The translations under genes were made by a program, and so were the position numbers. A model generated the notes under the pieces. That model was not told the origin of the DNA. It saw nothing but the letters and a program-made list of their open reading frames with translations, and ran no database searches. Positions 8,491 to 19,200 of a stretch of 64,000 nt of DNA are shown in pieces; position 1 is the first letter of the stretch; each line of letters starts with the position of its first letter. Source of the stretch: Shigella phage vB_SdyM_006; sequence record MK295204; one strand, written 5' to 3'.

Positions 8491-8656
8491 ATTAATTTAT
8501 TAAAAGTATAGTATATTCTATATAACTATTAAGTAATAAATTAATAACTATATGTTACTATTTCTAAAGAAATCTGGAGCTGCGCTCCAGAATTTTTATT
8601 ATTTTATTAAGTTCTTTATATATTATATATAACTATTAAGTAATAAATTAATAACT
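8491..8656. repeat. copy A of a ~166-bp element: two 31-bp direct repeats (8519-8549, 8626-8656) flanking a GC hairpin CTGGAGC-TGC-GCTCCAG (8574-8590); inverted copy at 53705-53871
   Basis: Direct comparison: reverse complement of 53705-53871 matches 8491-8656 except for the 3-nt hairpin loop. Confidence 0.9.
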
Positions 8657-8664
8657 GTACGTTA

Positions 8665-9483
8665 TTATCTTTTCCAAACTTTAGAAGCTGCAAATCTTGA
8701 ACCTTGAGACATAAATTGCTGAGTAGGCATAAAAATAATATTAGACCAATCTTGTGGTTTAACTTCTATTATAGGGCCTTTAATATGTCCAGGTAAATAA
8801 GCTTTTATCATCTGATCAGAACCATGCATTCCTCTAACACTACTCCAATTAATTTTTAATTTAGTTTTAGAAGAAATGTTACTTGTAGAAGAAAATCTTT
8901 TTAATAGTTCTTCTAAAAATGCTTGTCTGGCTTTAGGTGGTATATAATGAAGATTTAATCCATATAATAATTGATTTCCGTTTCCAGCAGTTTTAGCACC
9001 TAAGAAAATGATCAATGGAAACTTATCCCAATACGGGAGAGTATCTTTATTTTTGGCATCATAAACATAAGTATAAATTTTACCGATTTCTGGTACTTTA
9101 GTTGTTTTTGTTCTTACACCAGTTTTTATAGTTTCTTTAAACCATTTTATAGATTTATTATTAACAGCTGCGCCTTCATTTCTTATTTTTTTCTTTAAAG
9201 TACTTCTAAAGTCATTTACAATTGCAAGTTCACGTTCTCTACGTGATAATTTATGTTTAGATTTACCTTTAATAGCTTCGACTTCTAATGCTTCTTTTAT
9301 TTTATCAGAATACCGACTCATTGCTGATGTGAATGTGCTATATTTTATTCCTTTATATTCAGCAAACTTTTTAGAAGACACAGTTCTTCTAACTTTAGCA
9401 AATTCAACACCTAATTTAATCCAATCTTGTGCTGTTTTAGGTAAAGACATTTCTTCTTCAATTTCAAATATCATCCTTTCCAC
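8665..9483 (-). CDS. 2: DNA end protector protein (gp2-like)
   Basis: Synteny 3-2-4, size 272 aa (T4 gp2 274 aa). Confidence 0.7.
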   Translation of the reverse strand: MERMIFEIEEEMSLPKTAQDWIKLGVEFAKVRRTVSSKKFAEYKGIKYSTFTSAMSRYSDKIKEALEVEAIKGKSKHKLSRRERELAIVNDFRSTLKKKIRNEGAAVNNKSIKWFKETIKTGVRTKTTKVPEIGKIYTYVYDAKNKDTLPYWDKFPLIIFLGAKTAGNGNQLLYGLNLHYIPPKARQAFLEELLKRFSSTSNISSKTKLKINWSSVRGMHGSDQMIKAYLPGHIKGPIIEVKPQDWSNIIFMPTQQFMSQGSRFAASKVWKR

Positions 9484-9920
9484 CCCATGGTCTTTAAAGA
9501 CCTTTCTGTCACTATTTTAAATTTGATATTCATTTTATCCGCTAATTTTTGGGCCGCTTTCCATTTATCACTATTAACCTGGAATGTGTATATTTCTTCC
9601 ATAAATCTTTTTTTAGCCTTAACAGTAATATTAGCAGGTGGTCTAGGTTGTTGGGTTTCTTTAAATGGTTTTACTTCAAATAGAAATTCTTGTCCACTTT
9701 TGAATTTAGCCCAAAAATCCATAAAATATCTTCTTTTTTTGCCATCTGCATTACTAAAGTATGGAATTACGACTTCTTCAGAATTCCACCTAATACAATC
9801 TGGGTTATTATCAAGCCACTTCATAAAAAAGTGTTCCCAAGATGACCTATATGTAATTTTTCTCCAATCACCTTTATATTTGTCTTTATGAACTGGCAAG
9901 TATTTTCCTTTATAAGCCAT
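9471..9920 (-). CDS. 4: head completion protein (gp4-like)
   Basis: Close N-terminal match to remembered T4 gp4 (MAY.GK...KITYRS.WE.FF..WLD.NP...IPYF.NA.GKKRRYFMD). Confidence 0.8.
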   Translation of the reverse strand: MAYKGKYLPVHKDKYKGDWRKITYRSSWEHFFMKWLDNNPDCIRWNSEEVVIPYFSNADGKKRRYFMDFWAKFKSGQEFLFEVKPFKETQQPRPPANITVKAKKRFMEEIYTFQVNSDKWKAAQKLADKMNIKFKIVTERSLKTMGWKG

Positions 9921-9935
9921 AAGTCCACTCCTTTA

Positions 9936-9943
9936 TAAATACA
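9936..9943 (+). promoter_or_regulatory. T4-type late promoter TATAAATA (for gene 53 operon)
   Basis: Exact TATAAATA 29 nt upstream of gene 53 start. Confidence 0.6.
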
Positions 9944-9953
9944 TATAATAATA

Positions 9954-9961
9954 TTTATAAT
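9954..9961 (-). promoter_or_regulatory. T4-type late promoter TATAAATA on minus strand (for gene 4-2-3)
   Basis: Exact TATAAATA on minus strand about 34 nt upstream of gene 4 start; divergent from the plus-strand late promoter. Confidence 0.6.
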
Positions 9962-9971
9962 AGGGGGTTTT

Positions 9972-10523
9972 ATGATTTTTTCCTTTTTTGATCCTGTAGA
10001 ATATAGAGGAAAACTAACAACCAATATATTCAGAAACTATAAAGTTTATATAAAAAGAGTTTTATCTAATTATAAACTTAAAACATACTATATTTCTGGC
10101 TCACCGAGACCAGAAGAACTTGCTAATGCATTATATGGTAATCCACAACTATATTGGGTCTTATTAATGATCAATGACAATTATGACCCATTCCATGGCT
10201 GGATTAAAGGACAAGAAGCCTCATATCAGAGCGCTATACAACGCTATGAGAACGCAGGAGGACAACAAGTACTATACCATATAGATAATAATGGTGAACG
10301 TTATTATAACCTAGTAGAAGATCCTGATAACCCAGGCCTTTGGTACGATAAAGGCGATAAAGATATGGAACACTTGCAATATAATGGGCCTTTAGCTGCT
10401 ATAGATATTCTTGAAGATTCAATTCTTAAAAACGAAGAACGACGAGAAATAAAAATAATTGACCCTAAAGAAATTCAATCTTTTATTAGTGCAATTATTA
10501 GAGAGATGGAAAAAACACTATGA
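9972..10523 (+). CDS. 53: baseplate wedge protein gp53
   Basis: Strong match to remembered T4 gp53 (FFDP.EY...IFRNYK.Y.KR...Y.L.TYYI.GSPRPEELANA.YGNPQLYWVLLM.NDNYDP). Confidence 0.85.
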   Translation: MIFSFFDPVEYRGKLTTNIFRNYKVYIKRVLSNYKLKTYYISGSPRPEELANALYGNPQLYWVLLMINDNYDPFHGWIKGQEASYQSAIQRYENAGGQQVLYHIDNNGERYYNLVEDPDNPGLWYDKGDKDMEHLQYNGPLAAIDILEDSILKNEERREIKIIDPKEIQSFISAIIREMEKTL

Positions 10524-12250
10524 ATATCCAAAATTCTTATATCCAACCATTTTTTGGTGTTGTTGAAGATCGAATGGACCCTAAGAAATTAGGACGTGTC
10601 AGAGTTAGAATATATGGAGATCACCCTTTTTCTAAAACTAAAGGTGACGTGGCTGGTTTAGAAACTGAAGATTTATTATGGTTCCAAGTATTATTACCAG
10701 CAACATCTGCTACTGAATCCGGTGTTGGTAATTCTCCAACTGGTATATTAGAAGGCTCTTCAGTTTTTGGCCTATATTTAGACAAATATAAAACTTCAGG
10801 AATTGTTTTAGGGACTTGGGCTGGGATAAGAACAGAAATGCCTAACTACACAGAAGGTTTTTCCGACCCAAATCAACAGTACCCTACTAAACTTGGGAAT
10901 GATTTAAATGATTTATCTCTAGGTGGAAGAATAGGTAAAGAATCTATTGTTAACGTAATTCAAAATGATAATAGAGAAACTGCACCGAACCCATCAAATA
11001 TACCTGCAGGCGAAGAACCTGAAAATAACAGCCCAGAATTGACAATAGAAAAAATGTTACAACGTGACGAAGGCTTACGTTTACGTTGGTACCCAGATAA
11101 TGGATATGCATCTATTGGTATAGGACATTTAATTAAAGCCCAGAAAACATCAGACCCAGATTTAATTAATAAATGGATTTCAGAACTTGTCGGAAGAAAA
11201 GTAACAAACGGAACCATAACAATGGATGAATGTATGTCCATTTTTAAATCTGATATTAAAAAAGTTAAAGATGGAATAGTTAAGCACCCTACTATTGGTC
11301 CGATCTACAAAAAATGTAATGCTTCTAGGAAAATGGCTTTAGAGAACATGGCATATCAAATGGGACTAGGTGGATTAGCTAAATTTAAAAAAACTTTGAG
11401 ATACATGGAAGAAGAAAAATGGGAAGACGCTTATATAAATCTCCAACAATCACTTTGGTTTAGACAAACTAAAGGACGAGCATCAAGGGTTTCTTTGATT
11501 ATTCGTAATGGTAATTTAGAATCATACGGCGAAAAGACCCCTAGTGCCGCTAGGGCGTTCTCTTTACAAAAGAATATAAACATAGAACCTGAAGATCCTT
11601 TTGTCCCTAGCGACTCTAGGGTTATGTTTGAAGAACCTAAAACAGATTATAATAGCCAATACCCATATAATAAAACCTTTGGAACAGAATCAGGTATGAT
11701 TCAAGAATTTGACGATACACCTGGTGCCGAACGTTATAGACTAACACATACTTCAGGAACATACCAAGAAATTTCTCCAGATGGAAGAAATGTACAAAAA
11801 ATAATTGGGGACAATTATAAAATAGTCCAACAAGACGACCATATATTAGTCCAAGGCGATGTTAAACTTGTTATTGGCGGTAATTCTAATGTTTACATTA
11901 TGGGGTCATTAAACCAAACAATTGATGGAAGTATAAATCAAACTGTTAGAGGAAATGTTGTTCAACATGTAGAAGGTAATGTTAAAGCGACAATAGACCA
12001 AACGGCCGATATTCTTGTTAAAGAAGAAGCTATGATAACAGTTGAAAAAGATTTAACAGTTAATGCAAATCAAAATGCGGAAATTAATGTTAAAGAAAAA
12101 GCCACGGTTAATGCAGAAAATATTTCTGTTAACGCAGAGAAGACTATGAAGTTTAAAGCTGAAGATGTTGATTTTAGTGCAGTTAAAACATTTTCTGTTG
12201 ATTCTGGTGTTCTTACTAAAATTACAGGTGCTAATGTACAGGTGGGATAA
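10520..12250 (+). CDS. 5: baseplate central spike / tail lysozyme gp5
   Basis: N-terminal GVVEDRMDPKKLGRVRVRIYG, central lysozyme-like region, C-terminal repeated beta-helix pattern; 576 aa (T4 gp5 575 aa). Confidence 0.85.
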   Translation: MNIQNSYIQPFFGVVEDRMDPKKLGRVRVRIYGDHPFSKTKGDVAGLETEDLLWFQVLLPATSATESGVGNSPTGILEGSSVFGLYLDKYKTSGIVLGTWAGIRTEMPNYTEGFSDPNQQYPTKLGNDLNDLSLGGRIGKESIVNVIQNDNRETAPNPSNIPAGEEPENNSPELTIEKMLQRDEGLRLRWYPDNGYASIGIGHLIKAQKTSDPDLINKWISELVGRKVTNGTITMDECMSIFKSDIKKVKDGIVKHPTIGPIYKKCNASRKMALENMAYQMGLGGLAKFKKTLRYMEEEKWEDAYINLQQSLWFRQTKGRASRVSLIIRNGNLESYGEKTPSAARAFSLQKNINIEPEDPFVPSDSRVMFEEPKTDYNSQYPYNKTFGTESGMIQEFDDTPGAERYRLTHTSGTYQEISPDGRNVQKIIGDNYKIVQQDDHILVQGDVKLVIGGNSNVYIMGSLNQTIDGSINQTVRGNVVQHVEGNVKATIDQTADILVKEEAMITVEKDLTVNANQNAEINVKEKATVNAENISVNAEKTMKFKAEDVDFSAVKTFSVDSGVLTKITGANVQVG

Positions 12251-14313
12251 TGAATTATTACGATAAAATAGATGAAGTTGTCTCAAACTTCGCCCATCCA
12301 TGTGAAGGTGAAGTGCCAGATGGGTTCTATAGACGTGTTAAGTGGGAACTGTATAATCCATCAAAAGAAAATAAAGGCCCAGGAAATGGCGAAGAGTGGG
12401 ACACAGAGATAATTAAAATAGGGACTAGATTATACGATCAAAACCCTTTTGGGCATAAATCTGAAGAATTTCCAGAACCGCCAGTAGAAGGTGAAGGAGA
12501 AAAATGTAAATTCTGGTCTAAAAAAATAGGTGTTTGTTTTACAACTCAAAAAGAATTATCTGATTATGTAGAATCTATTGGGTCCAAACTTTTACCTGGT
12601 AATGATTGGTATGGTGCGGATTTATCAAAATCACATTTATTTAAAACAGCAAATGAATATAACATGTATCGTATAGAAAATGCCGGCGGGACTTGGACTA
12701 AATTAGGTCCTTCTATAGATAAACGAACTATGTTAATGGTTGATAAAGATTATAATATTTTAATTAATTATGATGGGGTTGAAGGGTCTAGGTCTGCTTA
12801 CTTAAAACACTATGAAGATAAACCTTGTACTTATGTTGGTATTCGCTTAAATCTTGATATTGATTTAAGTGTCCCGGGTATACCAGAATCAGAACCACCT
12901 ACAATAGGAAGTTTACCACCAGAATTACCAGCATTAATATTTGCTGCTAGAAGTTTACCCGCAATAGGTTGTATTCCATTTAAGGCTAAATTTCCTTATA
13001 ATGGGTTATCACAAGCAATAGTTGAAGCATGGAATGAATCAAGGCGTTCATTTAAATTAATGTGGGCCAATATTCCAGGACTACCTGAAGGTGAAGGTTC
13101 AATTTGGAGTACAATGTATTCTGGCGTGTCTATTGCTATGGAAGAACTTGGTAATGCGGCTTTAAGTATGTGCCAATACGTGCAACAAATGGCATGGAAC
13201 GCATTTAAAGAAATTATTTCGCAGGCTCTTAATATAGTTGGTGCTGGTTGGGATTTATTAAAATCATTTATCCCTAAAGTTACTATTCTTGGAATAACTT
13301 TTGATATTGAAGATATTTGTACTTCTGGTGATGGTTTACAAAAATTAAAAGATGCTTTTTCTAATTTTGATACAGAAAAAATAATAGAAAGTATATATGC
13401 ATTTATTGGAAGTGCTTACGAATATTCTGTAGAATATGTAAAAGTATTTTCTCGTGACTTAATAGATGCGTTAACAGATTTATATGATTATTTGTGGTAT
13501 GTGTTGATGACAGCAGGTGTTGCTTTATGTAAGACCCTTGTTAATTTAGCAGAAATCTGGTCTATCCCACCATGGATTCCAAACCCTTTATGGAATGTAG
13601 TTATTGCTGTAAAAGAGTTAATGAAACAAATAGAACCTTTAGATATGATTCTTAAAGGTGGATTTCCTGGTTTTACGGCATCAGATTTGTATTATATGGT
13701 TGAACGAGAAGTTAAAAAAGTTATAGACGAAACTTATGCAAAAATAGAATCATTTAAAAACCAAGCCATAGCTTTATGGGAACAAGTAAAAGAAGCTAAA
13801 GATAATTGGCAGCGAGAATCAATAGGATTTAAACAATATCTTAAAGGCATGTATGGTGCTGTAACTGAAGAGCTCACAAAACAAAAAGAAGCCTTAGTTA
13901 AACAGGCTAAAGATATATACGAATCATTATTGGCAAAATATGAAGCATTAAATATAAATATAGATACACTCAAAGCTTCTGTTTCTAATGTCTTAGAACT
14001 TGCATTAAATGAATTAAGACAGCTTCCTTTAGTGGCTCAAATAGAACAACTTTTATCATTAATAGGTTCATCTCTAGATGAAATGATAACAACTATTAAA
14101 AATGGTATAACTGGCGCACAAACGTTATACAAAAATTTTACAGATGGAAGCAGATCATTAAAAGATATATGTAAGTACATATTCAGCCAAATATCTACAT
14201 TATCATTGAGTAAAGTAACACAATGGATTAATAAATTATTGAGCATATTTGGATTAGAAATAAAGTTTCCTGAACTAGAATTGTGTATACCATACGTAAA
14301 ATACGAGGAATAA
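12250..14313 (+). CDS. large hypothetical protein at the spike-tip position (where T4 has genes 5.1-5.4)
   Basis: 687-aa ORF whose start overlaps the gp5 stop (TAATG) and whose stop abuts gene 6; Cys/His N-terminus, hydrophobic helices near residues 400-450, coiled-coil C-terminal third. Confidence 0.7.
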   Translation: MNYYDKIDEVVSNFAHPCEGEVPDGFYRRVKWELYNPSKENKGPGNGEEWDTEIIKIGTRLYDQNPFGHKSEEFPEPPVEGEGEKCKFWSKKIGVCFTTQKELSDYVESIGSKLLPGNDWYGADLSKSHLFKTANEYNMYRIENAGGTWTKLGPSIDKRTMLMVDKDYNILINYDGVEGSRSAYLKHYEDKPCTYVGIRLNLDIDLSVPGIPESEPPTIGSLPPELPALIFAARSLPAIGCIPFKAKFPYNGLSQAIVEAWNESRRSFKLMWANIPGLPEGEGSIWSTMYSGVSIAMEELGNAALSMCQYVQQMAWNAFKEIISQALNIVGAGWDLLKSFIPKVTILGITFDIEDICTSGDGLQKLKDAFSNFDTEKIIESIYAFIGSAYEYSVEYVKVFSRDLIDALTDLYDYLWYVLMTAGVALCKTLVNLAEIWSIPPWIPNPLWNVVIAVKELMKQIEPLDMILKGGFPGFTASDLYYMVEREVKKVIDETYAKIESFKNQAIALWEQVKEAKDNWQRESIGFKQYLKGMYGAVTEELTKQKEALVKQAKDIYESLLAKYEALNINIDTLKASVSNVLELALNELRQLPLVAQIEQLLSLIGSSLDEMITTIKNGITGAQTLYKNFTDGSRSLKDICKYIFSQISTLSLSKVTQWINKLLSIFGLEIKFPELELCIPYVKYEE

Positions 14314-14314
14314 A

Positions 14315-16234
14315 ATGGATTTAATTAAGAAACAAATAAACAGTATTCCTGAAGTATACACTTCAGCTACTTTTGACGAAATAAAAAATGATTGGATTAA
14401 CTGGTTAAGAGGGCAAGATGAATTTAAAGACTATGATTTTAAAGGTTCTAGATTAAATGTTCTTTTAGATTTATTATCTTATAATGTCCTTTATATCCAA
14501 CAATTTAGTAATTCTGCTTTATATGAATCGTTTATAAGAACAGCTTCTTTAAGGTCTTCAGTTGTTCAGGCTGCACAAGACATGGGATATTTTCCATCTT
14601 CTATGACTGCCGCTGAATGTTCTATAATGTTAGAATGTACGCATAAATTAAAACCACAAAGTATTAAAATCCCAAGAGGTACTAAATTTTTAGCTTCATC
14701 TAAAGATGGCCCAACTCAGCCTTATAACTTTGTGGTAAAAGAAGACGTTAACGTTGTAAAAAGTAAAGACGACAAATATTACCCTATAATTAACTTAGTC
14801 CAAGGGCGTGTTGTTAGAACTGAATTAGAATACGACCCAAATCAACAGATTTTGATTCGTGATAAATTTATGGATAGACACACAGTTAGGGTTATGGTTA
14901 ATGGTGTTAAATGGGAAGACTGGACAGAAAAATCAATTGTTAATATCTCCGGAACAAGCCATGTGTTTTATATGAGAGAAACAATTGACGAATACACCGA
15001 ACTATTTTTTGGTGAAGGCCAAGCAGATTATTCTATTGTTGATGGAAGTTTACAAAGTAATTATATTGGTGGGTTAAAACCTGTTGCTGGAAGTAATATT
15101 GTAATTGAATATATTAGAACAGATGGCGGCAAAGCTAATGGGTCTATTAACTTTAGCTATGCTGATACATTGCAATACGTTTCTGTTGTTAATATAATAG
15201 AAAATTATGATGAAACAGAAGATTATATTGGCGCTTTTGGTGGCGGTGATCCTGAAGATATCGAAAGAATTCGTGAACTTGGCCCTATAAAACGAGAATC
15301 TCAACGCCGTTGTGTAACAGCAACAGATTATGAGTCATTCGTTTCAGAAAGATTTGGGCCTATTGTCCAGGCTGTTCAATGTTTTACAGATAGAGATAAA
15401 CCTGGTTATGCATTTATTGCTATAAAGCCAAAAGAAGGTTTAAGATTATCATCTGTGCAAAGAGAAGATATTCAGAATTACCTTAAAGAATACAATATTT
15501 CTACCATAACACCTAGTATTATGTCTCCTAATTATATGTTCTTAAAACATAAAGTTAAAGTTACATATTCTATGAACAAACTTTCTGAATCTGAGCAATG
15601 GTTAAAAGGTAAAATCATTGACCAAATTGACACATATTATAAAGATGAAGTAGAAATATTTAACAAAAGTTTTCATAAATCTAAAATGTTAACTTATGTT
15701 GATGATGCTGATATTTCTATATTAGGTTCTTCTGCCGAAATAACAATGGTTAGAGAACTAGAAAATTTCTTTAAAACTCCTATGTCTGGTGTAAAATATA
15801 ATAATAAAATATTACCACGTGGTCTTATTAGTAATGTATTTGAATACACAGTTAATGATGAGCTATCGTATGGTGTTAGATTAGCTTCAACTGAGCCTAA
15901 AGGCGATTTAAAAGAAGGTAAAATTGTTATAGGTCCATTTAGACAAGGAGATATTAAAATAAGTCCTTATTTGGGAACTGATTTTGAAAAATTAAAAACA
16001 ACAGATACAAGAAATAGTTATTTTGTTGTTGGTAAAATAATCCATGAAGAGGATTATATCTATTGGGACCTTGGACAATTAAATGTGACAAGTGATAAAT
16101 TTTTAGTCCCGAGTATAGAATTATACGGAACTCCAGGAGATTCTAATATCTTTACAAAAGATGGGTCATTAATTGTATTTGAAAATAATTTAAGACCCGA
16201 ATACACAGAAATTATTATGGAGCCTATAGCTTAA
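14315..16234 (+). CDS. 6: baseplate wedge protein gp6
   Basis: Strong N-terminal and central match to remembered T4 gp6 (DYDF.GSRLNVL.DLL.YN.LYIQQF.N.A.YESF.RTA.LRSSVVQAAQD). Confidence 0.85.
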   Translation: MDLIKKQINSIPEVYTSATFDEIKNDWINWLRGQDEFKDYDFKGSRLNVLLDLLSYNVLYIQQFSNSALYESFIRTASLRSSVVQAAQDMGYFPSSMTAAECSIMLECTHKLKPQSIKIPRGTKFLASSKDGPTQPYNFVVKEDVNVVKSKDDKYYPIINLVQGRVVRTELEYDPNQQILIRDKFMDRHTVRVMVNGVKWEDWTEKSIVNISGTSHVFYMRETIDEYTELFFGEGQADYSIVDGSLQSNYIGGLKPVAGSNIVIEYIRTDGGKANGSINFSYADTLQYVSVVNIIENYDETEDYIGAFGGGDPEDIERIRELGPIKRESQRRCVTATDYESFVSERFGPIVQAVQCFTDRDKPGYAFIAIKPKEGLRLSSVQREDIQNYLKEYNISTITPSIMSPNYMFLKHKVKVTYSMNKLSESEQWLKGKIIDQIDTYYKDEVEIFNKSFHKSKMLTYVDDADISILGSSAEITMVRELENFFKTPMSGVKYNNKILPRGLISNVFEYTVNDELSYGVRLASTEPKGDLKEGKIVIGPFRQGDIKISPYLGTDFEKLKTTDTRNSYFVVGKIIHEEDYIYWDLGQLNVTSDKFLVPSIELYGTPGDSNIFTKDGSLIVFENNLRPEYTEIIMEPIA

Positions 16235-19200
16235 TGAAAGCACCTAAAGTTACTAGTCTAAGAATAATAAAATTATCAGCAAACCAGGTTCATGTTAAAT
16301 GGGACCCAGTAGGAAGTAATTTTTATTATTTTGTCGAACTAGCAGAAACAAGAAATAACGGAACTCAGGTTCCGTTAGACAAATTACAATGGCAAAGCCT
16401 GAATTATAGCTCAGATAATGACCGATTTATTAGTATTGGAATAACTCCTAATACCCATTATATGATTAGAGTTTCAGTAAGGGCTAAAGGGTTTGAACAA
16501 TCTGACTGGGCTTATACAGAAGAATTTTTAACATTTAAAACTAATGCGTATTCTTTTGATCATATGAAGGAGTTTACACTATCTGAGAAATTTATTAGTG
16601 AAAAGTTTATTAATAACAACGTGAATTATGTGAATTTTAATACAGATCAGTTATTGGCTTCATTGATGTCTGAAGATTTCCAGTTTACAGCAAAATATAG
16701 CGATGTGTCTCAGGTTTCTAATAAAATTTTAAAAGAAGCTAATTTCCATGAAATACAAGGAACACCTGAAGGCATAACAAGGGTATGTTCTGATATAAAC
16801 CGGGTTATGCCTGCTGAAATGGATGGCGTTTTATATCTGTTTGAGAGATTCCAAAATGTTGTTAAGGTGTCTAATGATAAAGGCCAAACATGGAAGTATT
16901 ATAAAGCTTTAGATGACCGTGTAGGCAATCCAGTTTCTAAGACATGTATTTACCAATCAGATACAACATCGTACGTACTAGGATATGATAGAGTGTTTTA
17001 TGGACGTAGAAGTTCTGATGTTAGATGGTCTGATGACCAACACAGATTCTCAGAAACTGATTTAACATTTGCTAAAATCGGTGATACTTTAAATTTAGGA
17101 TTTGATGTTGAAGTATTCGGAACATTATCGTTTTTGCCTGGTAACGTAACAAGGTTTGCAGAAGCTATTGCAGCAAGCAATGGTTTTTTATACATCGCAG
17201 GTAAAAACAATCTTAGATTTTTAGATTTACAAAATGCTAAAGTTGATATGGACGAAGGGTCTATATCATACGGTAAAAAAATGTTTGATGAGAAAACCAT
17301 TAAAATAACAAGTAATGAAAATATTGTTGTTAAAAAGATGGATATCCTTAATGGCGAATTATATGTTTTGGTGACAGGCGAAGTTAAAAAATATTTTGAT
17401 GACCCTACTAATCCTAAAAATGTTATAGATTCTAAAGACAAAGGTGTCTACAAATTAGTTGATGGTTCATTTGTTAGAGTTTTTGGCAATAATAAAGAAG
17501 AACTTAGAAAAATAGAACATGAATATACTAATATGTCTACAGATGGTAAAGAACTCTTTATTAGTTATGCCAATTTTAAATACACTGAATACACTAAAGA
17601 CGATAATCTAGAAAATGGTATAAAGTATATAAAAACTGAAAGTGGATTATCTGATAAACACTATCATATGGGTTCTATTAGAACATCTGACGGCGATAAT
17701 TGGAAAGCATATTATATGAGTTATTATGCAGAACCTTGGTTTACATGGATGAATAGAACTAAAACCAGGGTGTGGATTAATAATGATAATAGACCTGTTG
17801 TTATATACCCATCAAAAACATACACAAAAATAATCGATACCGTTGGTCCAACAGGTGAAGACCGGGTTGTCAAAGAAGTTTGGGATAAAGGCCATGGCAC
17901 ATTTTATTGCAAGAATGTATTCTTTGAAGGGTTTAAACAATATTCTGGTGGGGTTTTAATTCATAAAAGTTCTGGCGAAATAGTTGGTTATTATGAATAC
18001 AATTATCGTGTTCGTGATAACGCTCAGATTATATGGATACCTAAACTTATTTGTCTAGAAGCAACTTTGCAAAATCAAGTTCACCCAGAAATATGGGAAC
18101 CAAAACATAATGAAGGTGAAAAAGACCCAGATTTAAGGCCTTTATTAAACACAATGATTCCAGATAGTTATCTATTACAAAATAGTAATTTTGAAAAATT
18201 CTGTGAGTATTATCTCCAATTTTTATCAGATGGTAAAAATACACATTACAATAAATTACTAAATTTAATACGTAATAAGTACCCAAGAGAAACTGATTCT
18301 GTTGAATACTTGTGGTCTGAAATAAATAAGCGAAACATTTATTTAGACAAAGAAAAAAGAGATCAAGTTATTAGATTTTTTGAATCAAGAAAATCAGACT
18401 TCTATAGTACAAAAGGGACTGAGGCAAGTTATAAATTCCTGTTTAAATTATTATATAATGAAGACGTTGAAATAGAAATAGAATCTAATTCTGGGTTAGA
18501 ATACGACATCGTTGTTTATTCCGATAATATTAACGAAGACATAGTTGGAAGAACAATATACACCCCAACTGGTCGATGTAATGTTACATATATCGAAAGA
18601 GAATACTCTGAAGGTAAATTACAATGGCGTATGACGATTCATAATATGATAGGACGCTTTTTGGTTGGCCAGAATGTTTTAGGCGAACGTAGTGATTTTA
18701 AAGGTCAAATAATCCAAGGTATAAAAGGAAAGGAAATATTATCTAATAAAGAAGACCTAGCTAATAGATCAAGAAGCTATTATGTTATGAAAATAAAATC
18801 TAAACTACCAACTTCTAGATATTCTTCTGATGTTTTGAGATTTGTTCATCCTGTTGGATTTGGATTTATTGGAATAACTCTATTAACAATGTTTATTAAT
18901 TCTGGGTTATCATTAAAACATTCTGAAACTATAATTAATAAATTAATAACATATAGATATGATTCTGGATATCCTTTAGTTTGGCCTGATAGAGTAGCAA
19001 TATTAAAAAATGATATCATAGAGCGAGACCCTGTAACAGGTGATGCATTATATACTTTGCATCCTAAAGCTGGTGAAGATTTTGATATCCCGGATGATTA
19101 TGATAAAAATGAAGGATTCATTGGTCCAGAAAAACCGTATACAAATATGGCTGAGTATTTAAAAAATGTTCCTCCTTCTAAAAGGAGAAATCATTATAGT

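Noticed and set aside
8574-8590. Reading the central hairpin of the inverted-repeat element as a simple transcription terminator for the flanking genes
   Set aside because: In both copies the T-rich tract is on the strand opposite to the flanking genes, so a plain terminator role for those genes does not fit.
10960-11241. Antisense ORFs inside large structural genes (also 13734..13973, 14037..14246, 15074..15304, 16998..17441, 18047..18286, 23186..23455, 25638..25862, 30130..30396, 37241..37552, 49723..50088 and similar)
   Set aside because: Each is fully embedded antisense in a well-supported conserved gene, with no RBS and low-complexity products; these are typical random open frames in AT-rich DNA.
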